A stretch of 64,000 nt of DNA from a virus (Duplodnaviria > Caudoviricetes): the IMG/VR virus record IMGVR_UViG_3300014204_000179, positions 5,325 to 69,324 of that record, one strand, 5' to 3'. Shown here in pieces: positions 46,680 to 56,897 of the stretch. Numbering within the stretch: the first letter of the stretch is position 1; every line of letters begins with the position of its first letter. The position numbers and the translations under genes were made by a program. The notes under the pieces are model-generated. The model saw only the letters and a list, made by a program, of their open reading frames with translations, had not been told where the DNA came from and made no database searches.

Positions 46680-47978
46680 ATGAATATTAAGGACAGTAAA
46701 AGAAACGTTTTTACTACAATTGGTGCATATACTTCATATATTCAAAACACGAATAATAAGTCACCAAAATCTATTGATACTTTTACTTCTATCAATAATA
46801 AAAATGATATTGTCCCTTTTTTACTCGATATTTTAAAATCACTTGTTGGATCGGTAGGGTTAAAAGATTTAATCGGTAATTTATTTACTGAATTTATTAA
46901 TAATGTTGAACCACAATTAAAAAATCTATTAAAAAAACAAATGATTCAATATAATTCCAGCGATCCATTACCTAATAATTTTAAAAGTACGGGTTCTGGA
47001 ATTATAATACCATTAAAAAAAATTGATATTTATGGAAAATTAAAAACAAGTCCAAATTCTGAAGTTGGTAAATTATTATACAATAATTCAAAACCAAATT
47101 TTGATAGCATTGTTTATAATGCCATTAAAAATGGTTCAACCGAAACATATTTAGGTTTTTTAGAAGTCAGATATGATTCATCAACTGATGGTGTTATATT
47201 AAAATCGTCTTCTACTGCTTCATCTAAAACAATTGGTAATTGGTATAATGATTATATTGATGACACATCAATAATTCATAAAAAAGAATTTATGACAAAT
47301 GTTATGAATTCAATTTATGGTACTACAACTAATATTCAAAAAAAATCTATTGATGAGGTATTTAAAGAATTACAAGTAGATAAAACTCTTGAAAATTTAA
47401 TTGATAATGATGATGATAGTTTTGATTTATCCCAAAAAGATATTGATGATTTATTACAGAAATCAAAAGAAATGGTTGAGGGAGTTGTTTATTATGATAT
47501 GGGGTGTGGATTAATAAGTGCATCTCTTCCAATGAGTGGAATGACAAACGTTATTAATCAAATATCTAATTCAAATGATCCATATGCTGTCGGAAATGCT
47601 GTTGATGCCACTGTTGATCAAAGTACTGCAAGTGATGCAGTAGCTAAAGAAAATAAACAAACAATTAAAGATGGTTTTTTTCAAAGATTAATTAAAATAA
47701 TCACTTTGATGTTAACTAAAATTATGACAACATCAATAGAAATTAAAACACTTATGATTATTAATTCAATTCTACAAGGTGGTGATGGTTCTGGTGATTT
47801 TAAAAACAATAAAGCCGTTATTAAATGTCTTGTTAAAGAAGCAATGAAATTAATTATTGAATATATATTTAAAATAGTTGTAACATTAATGGTAGCATTT
47901 CTTGTACCAATAGTTAAAAAAATAATAATAGAAAAAATAAATCAATATATTGGTGTAATTAAAAGTCTAATTGCGTAA
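46680..47978 (+). CDS. Hypothetical, probably virion protein
   Basis: 432-aa ORF in a block leading to the gp5-like gene. Confidence 0.6.
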   Translation: MNIKDSKRNVFTTIGAYTSYIQNTNNKSPKSIDTFTSINNKNDIVPFLLDILKSLVGSVGLKDLIGNLFTEFINNVEPQLKNLLKKQMIQYNSSDPLPNNFKSTGSGIIIPLKKIDIYGKLKTSPNSEVGKLLYNNSKPNFDSIVYNAIKNGSTETYLGFLEVRYDSSTDGVILKSSSTASSKTIGNWYNDYIDDTSIIHKKEFMTNVMNSIYGTTTNIQKKSIDEVFKELQVDKTLENLIDNDDDSFDLSQKDIDDLLQKSKEMVEGVVYYDMGCGLISASLPMSGMTNVINQISNSNDPYAVGNAVDATVDQSTASDAVAKENKQTIKDGFFQRLIKIITLMLTKIMTTSIEIKTLMIINSILQGGDGSGDFKNNKAVIKCLVKEAMKLIIEYIFKIVVTLMVAFLVPIVKKIIIEKINQYIGVIKSLIA

Positions 47979-48004
47979 TATTAAGAATAAAAAAATAGTT
48001 AATT

Positions 48005-48406
48005 ATGGATTATAGTAGTATTAATGCAATCATTGGTGGTTTTGATAAAATATTAAAACTATCTACAGTTGGAGGTACTCCAAAAGTTCCAACACCATTA
48101 ATTTTAATTGGTGCTCCAAGACGACCCGGATTATCACCAACAAAAATCGCATCACGTATAATTTCCAGAAAAAGTGAAGCAGGATTACCTGTTGGTGTTT
48201 TACCATCTGGTGAAGTTAATCCAGATGAAATAATGGAAAGAATAAGAATTGAAGAAATAGTAAAAGCAATTCAACAAGATATGATCATTAGTGTTGCTAT
48301 TCCTCCGGGAACTACACTTTCTGCTGCTGGTATATCACCAACAGGTCCTGTTTCGGTATTTGGTTCAACAATAATGTATTCAAGTGGATATGGAGTAGCA
48401 CAATAA
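48005..48406 (+). CDS. Hypothetical baseplate-region protein
   Basis: 133-aa Gly/Pro-rich ORF. Confidence 0.55.
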   Translation: MDYSSINAIIGGFDKILKLSTVGGTPKVPTPLILIGAPRRPGLSPTKIASRIISRKSEAGLPVGVLPSGEVNPDEIMERIRIEEIVKAIQQDMIISVAIPPGTTLSAAGISPTGPVSVFGSTIMYSSGYGVAQ

Positions 48407-48615
48407 TGGAAAATTTAACAGGACACACACCAACAGAATTGCTTAAAATGATTAATGATTCTAAATTAATACATGAAACATTAATACAAGAAATTATTGA
48501 TGATACTTTTATTATTGATAATCTTGAAAAGAAAATTAATGAAAAATTAGAAAATTTAATGAAAGTTGAAGCATCTTATGTTAATTTAATCGAAGAATTA
48601 AATAGTAGAAAATAA
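48406..48615 (+). CDS. Small coiled-coil hypothetical protein
   Basis: 69-aa ORF translationally coupled to both neighbours. Confidence 0.6.
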   Translation: MENLTGHTPTELLKMINDSKLIHETLIQEIIDDTFIIDNLEKKINEKLENLMKVEASYVNLIEELNSRK

Positions 48616-49505
48616 TGTCATACGATAAACCAATAATACAGACAAGTAATCCGTATAAAAAAACAGATACTTATCAAGTAACAAGAACAATTTATTACGG
48701 TGAAGTTATTTCAATTGATGATCCTACAGATGGTGGTAGAATTAAAGTTAGTATTCCCGATTTAGATCATAAAACAATAGGTAAAGATTTACCTTGGTGT
48801 TATCCAATGTTACCTAAATTTTTTCATGTCTATCCACAAGTTGGTGAAGTAGTTAGAATTTTTATTGAAGATATTAAACAACCACAAAGAAGTAGATTTT
48901 GGCTTGGGAATATAGTATCACAAATACAAAGAATTGAATATGATAATATTTATACTGCACTTTCAACTACAAATGTTGGATTAATACAACCAGAAAAATC
49001 GATTTCAACATATCCGGATGCAGAGGGTGTATTTCCAACAAAAAATGATATTGCAATAATTGGTAAAGTAAATACTGATGTTATTTTACGTTTAAATGAA
49101 GTACATATTCGTGCAGGTAAACATGAAAACGGTAATCCATTAAAGTTAAATAATAAAAATCCTGCAGAAATTAGTCTTATTTATGAATCAAAGGGTGCAG
49201 AATCAAAAGAATTTTATAGTAATACTATAATTGAAAGTGACAAAATTGGAATAATATCACATATTGGAAACCCTCAATTTAAACCAGCTAAATTAAATGC
49301 TGAAGATAGAAAAAGAATTTTTGATGAAGGTCATCCACTTGGTAGAGGGGATATTATTGTTCAAGTATTTGAAATTTTTCGTAAAGCAATAATTACACAT
49401 ATTCATGGTTATTCAGTATTACCAGCAGATAAAACTGCAATAATTAATGATTTAGAAAAAATTAATTTAGATGCAATTTTACAAAAAAATATTGTAATTA
49501 ATTAA
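48615..49505 (+). CDS. Baseplate hub/central spike protein (gp5/VgrG OB-fold N-terminus)
   Basis: YGEVISIDDPTDGGRIKV.IP...PWCYPM.P...PQVGEVV.I. Confidence 0.75.
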   Translation: MSYDKPIIQTSNPYKKTDTYQVTRTIYYGEVISIDDPTDGGRIKVSIPDLDHKTIGKDLPWCYPMLPKFFHVYPQVGEVVRIFIEDIKQPQRSRFWLGNIVSQIQRIEYDNIYTALSTTNVGLIQPEKSISTYPDAEGVFPTKNDIAIIGKVNTDVILRLNEVHIRAGKHENGNPLKLNNKNPAEISLIYESKGAESKEFYSNTIIESDKIGIISHIGNPQFKPAKLNAEDRKRIFDEGHPLGRGDIIVQVFEIFRKAIITHIHGYSVLPADKTAIINDLEKINLDAILQKNIVIN

Positions 49506-49528
49506 TTAAATCATTAGTTTTGTTATGA

Positions 49529-50317
49529 ATGAAACATCCACTAATAATACCGGGAGAACTTTTTACAACGTTTAACGATATTACGTTTTTCGATGAACCC
49601 CATAAATATTATTTACATAATAATGAATTAATTTCTGTTACTACATTAATTCATCGCTATCAGGAAGAATTTAACGAAGATTATTGGTCAAATTATAAAG
49701 CCGATCAATTTCATGTATCTCAAGATGAAATATTGGCTGCGTGGAAATTTATTAATAAAAAAGGAACAATTAAAGGTTCTGCAATTCATGATTATACCGA
49801 AAATCTTTTCCAAAATAAAAAATATGAATATCCAAAAGAATTAATATTAAAAGAATTTGGTTTTGATCCTGTTTATAATGAATATCAAATAACAAAAAAA
49901 CATGTAGATAATTTTTATAAAGATGTTCATAATAAATTAATTCCAATTCGTACTGAATTTGTGGCATATGATAAAGAATCTATGATTGCCGGAATGATGG
50001 ATATTTTATTTTATAATATTAAAATGAAAGAATTTCAAATTTGGGATTGGAAAACTAATAAAGATTTTACTTTTGAAATAATCAGTAGACATTTATTAAA
50101 TGATCTTTATCTATTGGAAGATTGTGATTTAGAAATATATTCATTACAATTGGAATTATATAAACAAATTATTGAAAAAAATATAAATATTAAACTTGGT
50201 AAATCATATATAGTATGGTTTTCACATAATAATGATAATTATCAAATAATTGAATGTAAAGATAGAAGTTTCTACGTGAAAAAAATTATTGAAAATAGAA
50301 TTGCTGAATTAAATTAA
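49529..50317 (+). CDS. PD-(D/E)XK exonuclease
   Basis: SVTTLI, GSAIH, IAGMMDIL, IWDWKTNK, YSLQL..Y. Confidence 0.85.
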   Translation: MKHPLIIPGELFTTFNDITFFDEPHKYYLHNNELISVTTLIHRYQEEFNEDYWSNYKADQFHVSQDEILAAWKFINKKGTIKGSAIHDYTENLFQNKKYEYPKELILKEFGFDPVYNEYQITKKHVDNFYKDVHNKLIPIRTEFVAYDKESMIAGMMDILFYNIKMKEFQIWDWKTNKDFTFEIISRHLLNDLYLLEDCDLEIYSLQLELYKQIIEKNINIKLGKSYIVWFSHNNDNYQIIECKDRSFYVKKIIENRIAELN

Positions 50318-50318
50318 T

Positions 50319-50377
50319 GGTGGTTCATTGGCTTGGAAGCAGCCATCTGATTAAAGTATACGTAACAGTTCGCCACC
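50319..50377 (+). ncRNA. Mimic of the 23S rRNA L11-binding domain / GTPase-associated centre (H43-H44)
   Basis: GGTGGTTCATTGGCTTGGAAGCAGCCATCTGATTAAAGTATACGTAACAGTTCGCCACC aligns to E. coli 23S nt 1051-1108; loops are conserved and stems are changed compensatorily. Confidence 0.8.
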
Positions 50378-50398
50378 TTTAAATAAAAATCGAATTAA

Positions 50399-51043
50399 TT
50401 AAACACATAACCAAGTTTTTCTTGTAATTATTTTATTTATTGTAGTATAACTTACATTATATTCTAATGCAATTTTAGGTTGTGAAATAAATTCATTAAA
50501 AAATTTATTACGAATATCAATAATATCTTCTTTACATAATTTAACGTTAGTTTGTCTATTTGTTGGAATTCCTTTATGACTTATAGACATTTTAAGTCTA
50601 CTTTCAATTGACATTTTTTTGTTAAATTTTGGGTGCTTTATTCCACACTTACCAAACATTGGATTTTTATTTCCTAATTTTTGGTATGATAATATTTGTT
50701 TTGTTTTTTCAGTATGTTTTCTATTTAAAAATTTATGTTCAGGATCATTAACATTATAACCATAATTTTTATTAAAAGAATTGTATTTTTTAATTTCTTC
50801 TTTTTCTAAAATTAATAATTGATCAACAGTACATTCTAATAATATTGAAAATTCAAATGAATTCTCTCCATATTTATTCCATGATGATTGTAAATGTAAA
50901 TTATGGTGTTTATTTTTTTTAAGATACCATTTATGGTCTCGCCATCTTTTTTTAATGTCAATAGCACTACCAATATATATTTTATTGTTGATAGTGTTTA
51001 AAATTTTATAAATTCCAGTTTTCATATAAAAAATAAACCACAA
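50399..51043 (-). CDS. GIY-YIG homing endonuclease with NUMOD3-type repeats
   Basis: TGIYKI.N.INNKIYIGSA..IKKRW..H, HTEKTKQILS, KLCKEDI..IR. Confidence 0.9.
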   Translation of the reverse strand: MWFIFYMKTGIYKILNTINNKIYIGSAIDIKKRWRDHKWYLKKNKHHNLHLQSSWNKYGENSFEFSILLECTVDQLLILEKEEIKKYNSFNKNYGYNVNDPEHKFLNRKHTEKTKQILSYQKLGNKNPMFGKCGIKHPKFNKKMSIESRLKMSISHKGIPTNRQTNVKLCKEDIIDIRNKFFNEFISQPKIALEYNVSYTTINKIITRKTWLCV

Positions 51044-51092
51044 ATATATAAAATATTTGCGGTTTATAATTATTTTATTTGTAAGTAATTGA

Positions 51093-51584
51093 TTACATGT
51101 TAAGTATACACCTCCAAGGTTGGACCTCCAAGGTTATGTTGGTTAATTCGTCATTACCATAATCTTTATCACCAAAATCAATTGATGTGATCATACATTG
51201 TTCCAAAAACCATTTTTCAACCTCAATACCTGTAGGGTCTAATGCTTTTAATAAAATATTTTTCTTATATCCTGCAGCATAACCCATACGACCAGTAAGT
51301 GATTCTGCATGTAATCGAACCCATTCCATAAGTTGTTGTGATGTGGAAGGTCCGATTGGATCAATAAATGTAATCGACATTGTATCCCAAGTATATCGAC
51401 CAGCAACATAGTTCTGTTCATTCATATATGGAATAGGAACGCTATTAATTTTCATTGAAGGACTTTTAAATTTTAGAATTTTCCATACTTCAATTCCTAA
51501 TTCATCGGCAAATTCAGCAAAGAATCGATTAACTCTTTTTGGTTCGTATTCGAATGGGATACCCCTTATCATTTCTCCAGCCAT
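51093..51584 (-). CDS. Tail tube protein (T4 gp19-like)
   Basis: YVAGRYTWDTMSITFID...GYKK...L..LDP.G..VEKW.L. Confidence 0.85.
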   Translation of the reverse strand: MAGEMIRGIPFEYEPKRVNRFFAEFADELGIEVWKILKFKSPSMKINSVPIPYMNEQNYVAGRYTWDTMSITFIDPIGPSTSQQLMEWVRLHAESLTGRMGYAAGYKKNILLKALDPTGIEVEKWFLEQCMITSIDFGDKDYGNDELTNITLEVQPWRCILNM

Positions 51585-51703
51585 GTTCTGTTTTATTTAA
51601 TATTTAATTTTATTTTTATAATAAATACTCGTTTTTAAAAAAATATATTAAAGATTCGGTAAAATACTTATTCTTTGATATTCTCTTAATTTATGAATGT
51701 TAA

Positions 51704-54409
51704 TTACGCACCAACATCGGCAAATGATGCACCAGATGGTGTAATTGTAAATGTGATACCAATGAATTCAAGAGCACGTGTTGGTTTCAAGAATATTTCA
51801 CCAAATAATTCGTTTCTATCACGAGATTCATTAGAATTATTACTATCATCCATTTTAATATTAAATTCCTGTAAACCTCTTTCTCTTTTAATTGTATCAA
51901 GAATTGGTGTAGTTTTTGAAATAAATTGATCAATGGTTGCTTGATCATTTTGATCAAATACAAGTCTAATTGCAATATTTGCAATAAGAACTTTAATTTG
52001 AAGCAATAATCTACGAACATTAATTCTATCAAGTGCACTTTCTTTTACTTGAAGAGTTTTTTGTCCAAAAATTGCAGTTCCTGCATCAGCAAAATCTGCC
52101 ATTGGATTTATTCTACCAGCATAAAGAGCATCTCGTGCTTCAAGGCTTAATTTATATTTCGATTTCCTTGCATCTGTTACACCACGAGTTAAACCTGCAG
52201 GTGCAAACCAAGGGAATTTTGTATTATCTGTAAATGCCATTGCTTTTACAACTTCACCAGTTGGTGGAATGTAAATGTTAACATTATTTTGAGTATCCCT
52301 CATTTGAATCCAAGGAAAATATGTACAAGCATAGTTTGAATCAATATCTGCTGAATCAAGTAAGTCAACAATTTCATTTGCAGCTAAAACATCAGATTTT
52401 GATTCACCAATTACAACCGGAATATTACTATCTGGAGAATCAATAATGTATAAAGTATCGGTTCTTTGGTCTTCAAGCATTTCAATTGTTTCTTTAACTA
52501 AAGTATTTTGATCACTCCAATTAATACCCGGAGTTGCAAATAAGTTAATTGTAACTTCTTCTGGATTTGAAAAAGTATTGATTGCTGTTTGCCATGCTTG
52601 ATAATCATTTACTGGACTTCCGTTAGGACTAACACCATCATATATTTTATTAAGTGAATATAAATCACCATATGAACGTGATAATCTATTAACGTCCCAA
52701 CCATCAAAACCACCAGAAGGAACTAAAGTAAATTTCCTTGTTATCATTTCATAATAAGGATTGGTTGGATCAACAACGTCTTCAATGGTTCTGAATTTAC
52801 CAGCACCAACTTCAAACATATAACCATCATAAGTTCCAGTAGCACCAGAATCCATATGGAAACCATCGGTTTTAATATGTGTACCTGTACTAATTTGACC
52901 ATTAAAATTAAACATGTTTTGATTTACGCCAGTTCCAATTAAACCAGTTGCATCATATGCATTTTCAGAAACACCCAAATAAACTTTTTTAGGTCTTTCA
53001 TCATCATTATATTCGGTTTTGTAATAAATTTTTGGTGCAACACCAGTAAATCCACTATATTGATTGAAAAAATATCCTTCAAAACCAGCAGGAAATACAT
53101 CTGGAGCAATTTCACCCACCATTTCAATCATAATATATTTACTTTGGAGATCGTATTCACCATCAGATGTACCAATACGTTGCGCTATATAACCATTTGT
53201 TCCAAGAATTAAATTACATCTTGAGAACGTTTCAAGTATTCTTACATTATCATCTGAATCATTAAAATCACGAATAATAACATCAAATTCAAATGAAATA
53301 GGATTTATGTTAGTAATTGATATTTTAATTTCCTGATTTGCAGCATTACCGTCTGATATACTAATAAATTTGAACAATTTATCTACTTTATTACCTTTTA
53401 ATTGAGATACAATCCAAGGAGTCTCAGGAGTTTTAAATTGTGTTTTATAATTAGTGAAAGCATCAGAAGTACAATTAAGTATAGTGGTATTAACACCATA
53501 ACCAATTCCTTCAGCATCTAATTTTTTAATTAAGTCTGGATAAACTGCTTCTACCCAAATTTTAGTAGCTTTGTCTTTTGGTTCTAAACCAACAACACTT
53601 GTAATAAAACTACTTGCATTTGGATTTAATGTCACAGTATATGTTTCAGTACTTGCAGTACTATATGTCCTTAATATAAATTGACCGAACATATCACCAG
53701 TATCAATTATTGTAGTATTTCCACTCATTGTAAGTGATGTTGTGTCAAATATGGTTGTTGCAGGAGCATTTACATTATCTTTAACATAACCCCTACTTCT
53801 TATTACAGCAAGTACCATACCTTCATATTCACTATATGACTCACCACTTAATGTGGTTGCAATCACATTAACAGTACCACTTGTACCTGTCATGGTTATA
53901 GCACTAAATGCGTAAGAAATTCCTTCAAATTCAGTTGCACTTATTTTAGTATAACCACTAAACGAAACACCAGTATCTCCAACTAAATTTAATGAAACAC
54001 CTAAATACGACCCACCACTAAAACTTGCAGTAAATGCACTTACTGTAGTCGTACCAGTTGTTTCAGGATCAACACCAGCACTTAAAGTAAGTGCCCATGC
54101 AGTACCTGCATCATATCCCGATAAACCTAAAACTCTGGTTACCCATAACTGATTAGTTTCTTCCAAATATGCATTTGCTACATATGGTAATTGATATTGA
54201 AGTAAACCACTTGAAAATCTTTTTGTGCTTTGAGTACCAAATCTTGATGAAAATTGTCCTTTATCTTCAATGAATACAGGTTCAAAAGCTGCACCTTTTA
54301 ATGTTTCACCAACAAGACCCAAAGTTGTTATACCTACATTACGTGTAACGAATGTTAAATCACGTTCTCTAAATTTATAACCCGGAGAGGTAAATACAAA
54401 TTCTGCCAT
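51704..54409 (-). CDS. Tail sheath protein (T4 gp18-like)
   Basis: FTSPGYKFRERD N-terminus; PWFAPAG..RG, RINPM, FGQKTLQ..SALDRINVRRLL, I.LKPTRALEFI. Confidence 0.95.
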   Translation of the reverse strand: MAEFVFTSPGYKFRERDLTFVTRNVGITTLGLVGETLKGAAFEPVFIEDKGQFSSRFGTQSTKRFSSGLLQYQLPYVANAYLEETNQLWVTRVLGLSGYDAGTAWALTLSAGVDPETTGTTTVSAFTASFSGGSYLGVSLNLVGDTGVSFSGYTKISATEFEGISYAFSAITMTGTSGTVNVIATTLSGESYSEYEGMVLAVIRSRGYVKDNVNAPATTIFDTTSLTMSGNTTIIDTGDMFGQFILRTYSTASTETYTVTLNPNASSFITSVVGLEPKDKATKIWVEAVYPDLIKKLDAEGIGYGVNTTILNCTSDAFTNYKTQFKTPETPWIVSQLKGNKVDKLFKFISISDGNAANQEIKISITNINPISFEFDVIIRDFNDSDDNVRILETFSRCNLILGTNGYIAQRIGTSDGEYDLQSKYIMIEMVGEIAPDVFPAGFEGYFFNQYSGFTGVAPKIYYKTEYNDDERPKKVYLGVSENAYDATGLIGTGVNQNMFNFNGQISTGTHIKTDGFHMDSGATGTYDGYMFEVGAGKFRTIEDVVDPTNPYYEMITRKFTLVPSGGFDGWDVNRLSRSYGDLYSLNKIYDGVSPNGSPVNDYQAWQTAINTFSNPEEVTINLFATPGINWSDQNTLVKETIEMLEDQRTDTLYIIDSPDSNIPVVIGESKSDVLAANEIVDLLDSADIDSNYACTYFPWIQMRDTQNNVNIYIPPTGEVVKAMAFTDNTKFPWFAPAGLTRGVTDARKSKYKLSLEARDALYAGRINPMADFADAGTAIFGQKTLQVKESALDRINVRRLLLQIKVLIANIAIRLVFDQNDQATIDQFISKTTPILDTIKRERGLQEFNIKMDDSNNSNESRDRNELFGEIFLKPTRALEFIGITFTITPSGASFADVGA

Positions 54410-54546
54410 TTTATTAATTATTTAAATTTTTTATTATTTTTTCTATTCAATAAGCAATGCTTAATCTTTTTCAATAAATACTAAAAAAATATCGAAAAGG
54501 CGTTTTAGTTTAATTAATATCAAGCTGTAATTCTTAGTCATAAAAT

Positions 54547-54627
54547 CAAATTTTCAATTTTTTTCAATTTTTTGATCTGGATTTTTTCAAATTTTCAATT
54601 TTTTTCAATTTTTTGATCTGGATTTTT
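54547..54627. repeat. Tandem 41-bp direct repeat (two copies) with internal TTTTCAATTT subrepeats
   Basis: CAAATTTTCAATTTTTTTCAATTTTTTGATCTGGATTTTT(T) at 54547 and 54588, in a divergent intergenic region. Confidence 0.9.
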
Positions 54628-54708
54628 CGAAAAAAATTTTTAATAATTTTCAATTTTTTTAAATTAATATGTATTTCTGAGTTTTAGTATTTATAAAAAA
54701 ACTTTTTT

Positions 54709-56850
54709 ATGAATAGTTCACAACAAATTTATTTAAATACGAATGATGTAAATACCGATAAATACGTAAAGGTTAGACTTGAACAAAACATCGATACATT
54801 AGAATTTCTTTCAATGAGTATTGATGTTAAAGACATTTATAATAATTTTAATGCAGATTATGGTGTTTTGGTTGGTAGAGTTACTGCTAATGATAGTATT
54901 GGTATACCTAATGCCAAAATAAGTGTTTTTATTCCAATTAGTGATGAAGATGCAACAAATGGTGAAATATATGGAATATATCCTTATCGAACACCAAGAG
55001 ATAAAAATTTTGAAGGTAAAAGATATAATTTATTACCACGTGTTAGTAAGAAAGACCCTATAACAAAAATTATTAGTCCAAAACAACCATTTGGTTCATT
55101 TCCAATTAAAGAAGAAATTGTTACAAATGAAATATATTTAAACATATATAAAAAATATTATAAACATATCGCAATAACAAATAATAGTGGTGATTATATG
55201 ATATATGGTGTTCCAATTGGGACACAAACTATACATTTAAGTGTGGATATAACAGATATTGGAAAATATAGTATGTCACCTGCTGCTATGGTAACTAATT
55301 TAGGATATTCACCCAATTTTTTTACCGATAATAATACGAAAATAAAATCAAGTGATGATTTAAATGATTTACCACATATAGAAACTCAAGAAATTAGCGT
55401 AGAAATAATACCTTTTTGGGGTGATTCAGAAAATTTTGAAATTGGTATAACACAACAAAACTTTAGAATTCGTTCTGTATTAAAAAATACTTTTATTATT
55501 TTTGGGAGTGCTTTTACTGATGGTGCAGAATCTATGTGGGGAAGTGTGTATGATACAGCAAGAAATTTTAGAGAATTATATCATATAACCGGAACAAATC
55601 CCAATGACTATATTAATAGGGGTATTCAATCAAAAAGACTCGCAAAAGTGACGGAAAAAATTTATTATTATCCATCAACAATATCGGATAATCAGATAAT
55701 TTCTGGAAATGTTGATCCAGATAAAGATATGTTAGTATTAGATTCAACAGAATATTCTTCATATAAAAGAGACGGTGATTTTGTTTTTATTATTAATTGT
55801 AATAGAAATAAAGTAATTATTGATGAGGGGGGTAATGAAATAGCCGTACCAGATTCATCTTCAAACGGAATTTACACTAAATTTAGAGGATTTATGACTC
55901 TTGAAATTTCTGAAGATGACCTTCCATTAAATAATATTAGTCCAATAGATAACGATAAAAATTTTAAACAATTAAGATATAAATTTAAATTTCCACAACA
56001 TGGTGATTATTATGGTTTATCAAATAATTATAATATTTTAAATTTATATGATCTTGGAAATGTTTTTTGGAAAAATCAACATTTTATTTTTAGCGGTGGT
56101 GGATTATATAGTATTTCAAGATTTCATGGGGTTTTATATAATAATGGTGATGCACCAAGAATACCACGTAACCCAACAGAAGGATTTTATTTCAATCCTC
56201 AAGATAATATTAATGATGTTTTTGGTATTATTGATAATAATGTTGGTCTCATTGAGACATCTAATACTTATATTACTGGAAATACTAAATATGGATTAGT
56301 TCCTAATGTTTTATATGGTGGTAGTAAACAACACTTTGGTGCGAATTGGTTAAATTTATCTGTTTATTTTCCACAAATTAGTTATGTTAATAGAATCAAT
56401 CCAAGTGGAACATTAATATATGGTGGAGCATATTCTAACTATAATTTTACACCATCACCATATTTTATTAATATGTATGTTGATAATAATGATCCTATTG
56501 CTGCTGGTCAAGTTAATACAAAATGGTATGCCCGTTCTGATTTACATTGGACTGATTTTATTAACGTACCTAAAGAAGATATAAAAGAAATGAATAATAT
56601 TGAATCTAAAGGTTTCACTAATAATTATTTTGATATTCCATTAAAAGGTATATATCGTAATGGTATTAATATACCACAAAATGGCTTAAATAATAATTTA
56701 TATATTAATATTTGGTCAAAACCATGTCCTGACAATGGTGGAAAGGAAGGTGGATATGGTCTTGCTGAACCAGATACTCAAACATATTTTTATAAGGGAT
56801 TTGATACTGCAAATTGTATTGAATATTTAATTTCTTTGGGATTAGTATAA
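54709..56850 (+). CDS. Probable virion structural protein with N-terminal carboxypeptidase-regulatory/prealbumin-like Ig fold
   Basis: GVLVGRV..N..IGIPNAKISVF...TNNSGDYMI.GVP.G; GTATTTAT at 54687-54694. Confidence 0.6.
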   Translation: MNSSQQIYLNTNDVNTDKYVKVRLEQNIDTLEFLSMSIDVKDIYNNFNADYGVLVGRVTANDSIGIPNAKISVFIPISDEDATNGEIYGIYPYRTPRDKNFEGKRYNLLPRVSKKDPITKIISPKQPFGSFPIKEEIVTNEIYLNIYKKYYKHIAITNNSGDYMIYGVPIGTQTIHLSVDITDIGKYSMSPAAMVTNLGYSPNFFTDNNTKIKSSDDLNDLPHIETQEISVEIIPFWGDSENFEIGITQQNFRIRSVLKNTFIIFGSAFTDGAESMWGSVYDTARNFRELYHITGTNPNDYINRGIQSKRLAKVTEKIYYYPSTISDNQIISGNVDPDKDMLVLDSTEYSSYKRDGDFVFIINCNRNKVIIDEGGNEIAVPDSSSNGIYTKFRGFMTLEISEDDLPLNNISPIDNDKNFKQLRYKFKFPQHGDYYGLSNNYNILNLYDLGNVFWKNQHFIFSGGGLYSISRFHGVLYNNGDAPRIPRNPTEGFYFNPQDNINDVFGIIDNNVGLIETSNTYITGNTKYGLVPNVLYGGSKQHFGANWLNLSVYFPQISYVNRINPSGTLIYGGAYSNYNFTPSPYFINMYVDNNDPIAAGQVNTKWYARSDLHWTDFINVPKEDIKEMNNIESKGFTNNYFDIPLKGIYRNGINIPQNGLNNNLYINIWSKPCPDNGGKEGGYGLAEPDTQTYFYKGFDTANCIEYLISLGLV

Positions 56851-56853
56851 CAT

Positions 56854-56885
56854 AAAAAAACCCGTTCAATTGAACGGGTTTTTTT
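56854..56885. terminator. Bidirectional intrinsic terminator
   Basis: AAAAAAACCCGTTCA-AT-TGAACGGGTTTTTTT between convergent genes. Confidence 0.85.
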
Positions 56886-56897
56886 ATTTTTTTATTA

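Noticed and set aside
49529-50317. Cas4 or CRISPR adaptation gene
   Set aside because: It is a generic phage PD-(D/E)XK exonuclease; no four-Cys Fe-S motif is visible and there is no CRISPR context.
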